A stretch of DNA of 38,289 nucleotides from Sulfuritalea sp. Its GTDB lineage: Bacteria; Pseudomonadota; Gammaproteobacteria; Burkholderiales; Rhodocyclaceae. Position 1 is the stretch's first letter; every line of letters starts with the position of its first letter. Of this stretch, positions 36,859 through 38,289 are shown one piece after another. The DNA lies in contig JBAZOF010000001.1 of assembly GCA_041648855.1 (NCBI GenBank), positions 1 to 38,289 on the forward strand, in the 5' to 3' direction. The notes beneath the pieces were generated by a model. It was not told where the DNA came from, ran no database searches, and saw only the letters and a program-made list of their open reading frames with translations. Made by a program: the position numbers and the translations under genes.

Positions 36859-37935
36859 ATGAAGAAAAGCATCCTCGAAAAACTTGAACGCTTGAGCGAA
36901 CGTCTCGCCGAAATCGACGGCCTGCTCGGGGGCGAGCACGCCGCCCGCGACATGGACAGCTATCGCAAGCTCACCCGCGAGCGCGCCGACATCACGCCGG
37001 TGGTCGAGCTCTTTCATGCTTACCGTAGCGCCAGCGCCGACTTTTCAGGTGCGGCGGAGATGCTGGCCGATCCGGAGATGAAGGAACTCGCCGTCGCCGA
37101 GCAGGCCTCAGCGACCGCCGACATGGCCCGGCTCGAAGTCGAACTGCAGCGCGCCCTGCTGCCGAAAGATCCCAACGACGACAAGAACCTGTTTCTCGAA
37201 ATCCGCGCCGGCACCGGCGGCGACGAGTCCGCGCTGTTCGCCGCCGACCTGTTCCGCATGTACAGCCGCTATGCGGAGCGCCAGCGCTGGAAGGTGGAGA
37301 TCGTCTCGCGCAGCGAATCCGATCTCGGCGGCTTCCGCGAAATCATTGCCCGCATCGAGGGCAACGGCGCCTATTCGAAGCTCAAGTTCGAGTCGGGCGG
37401 CCATCGCGTGCAGCGCGTGCCGGTTACCGAGACCCAAGGCCGCATCCACACCTCGGCGTGCACTGTGGCGGTGATGCCGGAGGCCGATGAACTGGTCGAT
37501 ATCGACATCAATCCGGCCGACCTGCGCATCGATACCTTCCGCGCCTCAGGCGCCGGCGGCCAGCACATCAACAAGACCGACTCGGCGGTGCGCATTACCC
37601 ACATTCCGACCGGCATCGTCGTCGAGTGCCAGGACGACCGCTCGCAGCACCGCAACAAGGCGCAGGCGATGTCGGTATTGGCGGCACGCATCAACGACGC
37701 CAAGCAGCGCGAGCAGCAGCAGCAGATCGCCTCGCAGCGCAAGAGCCTGATCGGCTCGGGCGACCGGTCCGAGCGCATCCGCACCTACAATTTTCCGCAG
37801 GGCCGGATTACCGACCACCGCATCAACCTGACGCTGTACAAGATCGACGCCATCATGGACGGCGACCTCGATGAACTGGTCGGTGCGCTGACCGCCGAGC
37901 ATCAGGCGGAGCTGCTGGCGGCGCTTGCGGAATGA
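36859..37935 (+). CDS. prfA: Peptide chain release factor 1
   Basis: [10 protein letters not shown]1-specific PVT (PxT) motif, GGQ and RTYNFPQ; start at ATG 36859. Confidence 0.98.
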   Translation: MKKSILEKLERLSERLAEIDGLLGGEHAARDMDSYRKLTRERADITPVVELFHAYRSASADFSGAAEMLADPEMKELAVAEQASATADMARLEVELQRALLPKDPNDDKNLFLEIRAGTGGDESALFAADLFRMYSRYAERQRWKVEIVSRSESDLGGFREIIARIEGNGAYSKLKFESGGHRVQRVPVTETQGRIHTSACTVAVMPEADELVDIDINPADLRIDTFRASGAGGQHINKTDSAVRITHIPTGIVVECQDDRSQHRNKAQAMSVLAARINDAKQREQQQQIASQRKSLIGSGDRSERIRTYNFPQGRITDHRINLTLYKIDAIMDGDLDELVGALTAEHQAELLAALAE

Positions 37936-38289
37936 GCACCGTGGCCGCGGCGCTCGCGGCGGCGCGGGCGAAGGTGCCGGCAAGTGAGGCGCGCTTGTTG
38001 CTTGGGCATGTCATGGGCCGGCCGGCGGCCTGGCTTATTGTCCATGACAATCAGGTACTCGATGAAGACGAACTGCTCGCCTTTGCGTCGCTGGTGGCAA
38101 GGCGTGCTGGCGGAGAGCCGGTGGCTTATCTGCTTGGCTCCCGCGAGTTCTTCGGTCGCAAATTTGCGGTCTCGCCGTCCGTGCTGATTCCGCGTCCCGA
38201 GACCGAACTGCTGGTCGAAATTGTCCTTGCAGGAGTCGGCGCTGGCGGTACGGCGAGGATTCTCGATCTCGGAACGGGCAGCGGTTGCA
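37932..38289 (+). CDS. prmC: Release factor glutamine methyltransferase PrmC/HemK, N-terminal part (runs off the window end)
   Basis: Manual translation gives ...[40 protein letters not shown]; ATGA overlap with the prfA stop. Confidence 0.95.
   Translation, partial: MSTVAAALAAARAKVPASEARLLLGHVMGRPAAWLIVHDNQVLDEDELLAFASLVARRAGGEPVAYLLGSREFFGRKFAVSPSVLIPRPETELLVEIVLAGVGAGGTARILDLGTGSGC

Overview
High-GC betaproteobacterial chromosome segment; gene content and protein style suggest a Sulfuritalea/Sterolibacteriaceae-like or Rhodocyclales-like host (inference). It is mostly housekeeping genes: partial phrB, algH-ruvX-pyrR-pyrB-pyrC', yggS-proC-yggT-yggU, pilT-pilU, an rlmL-like methylase, hemJ, livKHMGF, cytochrome c551, yyaL, an orphan cheY, ilvD, lgt, thrH-purU and hemA-plsB-prfA-prmC. 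The standout is a compact ~7.4 kb minus-strand sulfur operon (20824-28258) behind a well-positioned FNR-type promoter. It encodes, in order, a membrane-anchored octaheme tetrathionate-reductase-family cytochrome, a di-heme cytochrome b, a monoheme cytochrome c with a C-terminal Cys, a split YeeE/YedE pair, a fused half-swapped YeeE, an exported three-domain rhodanese, an exported DsrE-like protein and a Cys-motif hypothetical protein. Several intergenic palindromic or repeat elements are also present; two carry mini-ORFs that bridge adjacent genes. No integrase, transposase, tRNA/rRNA or CRISPR array was seen. All calls come from reading the sequence; no database searches were run.
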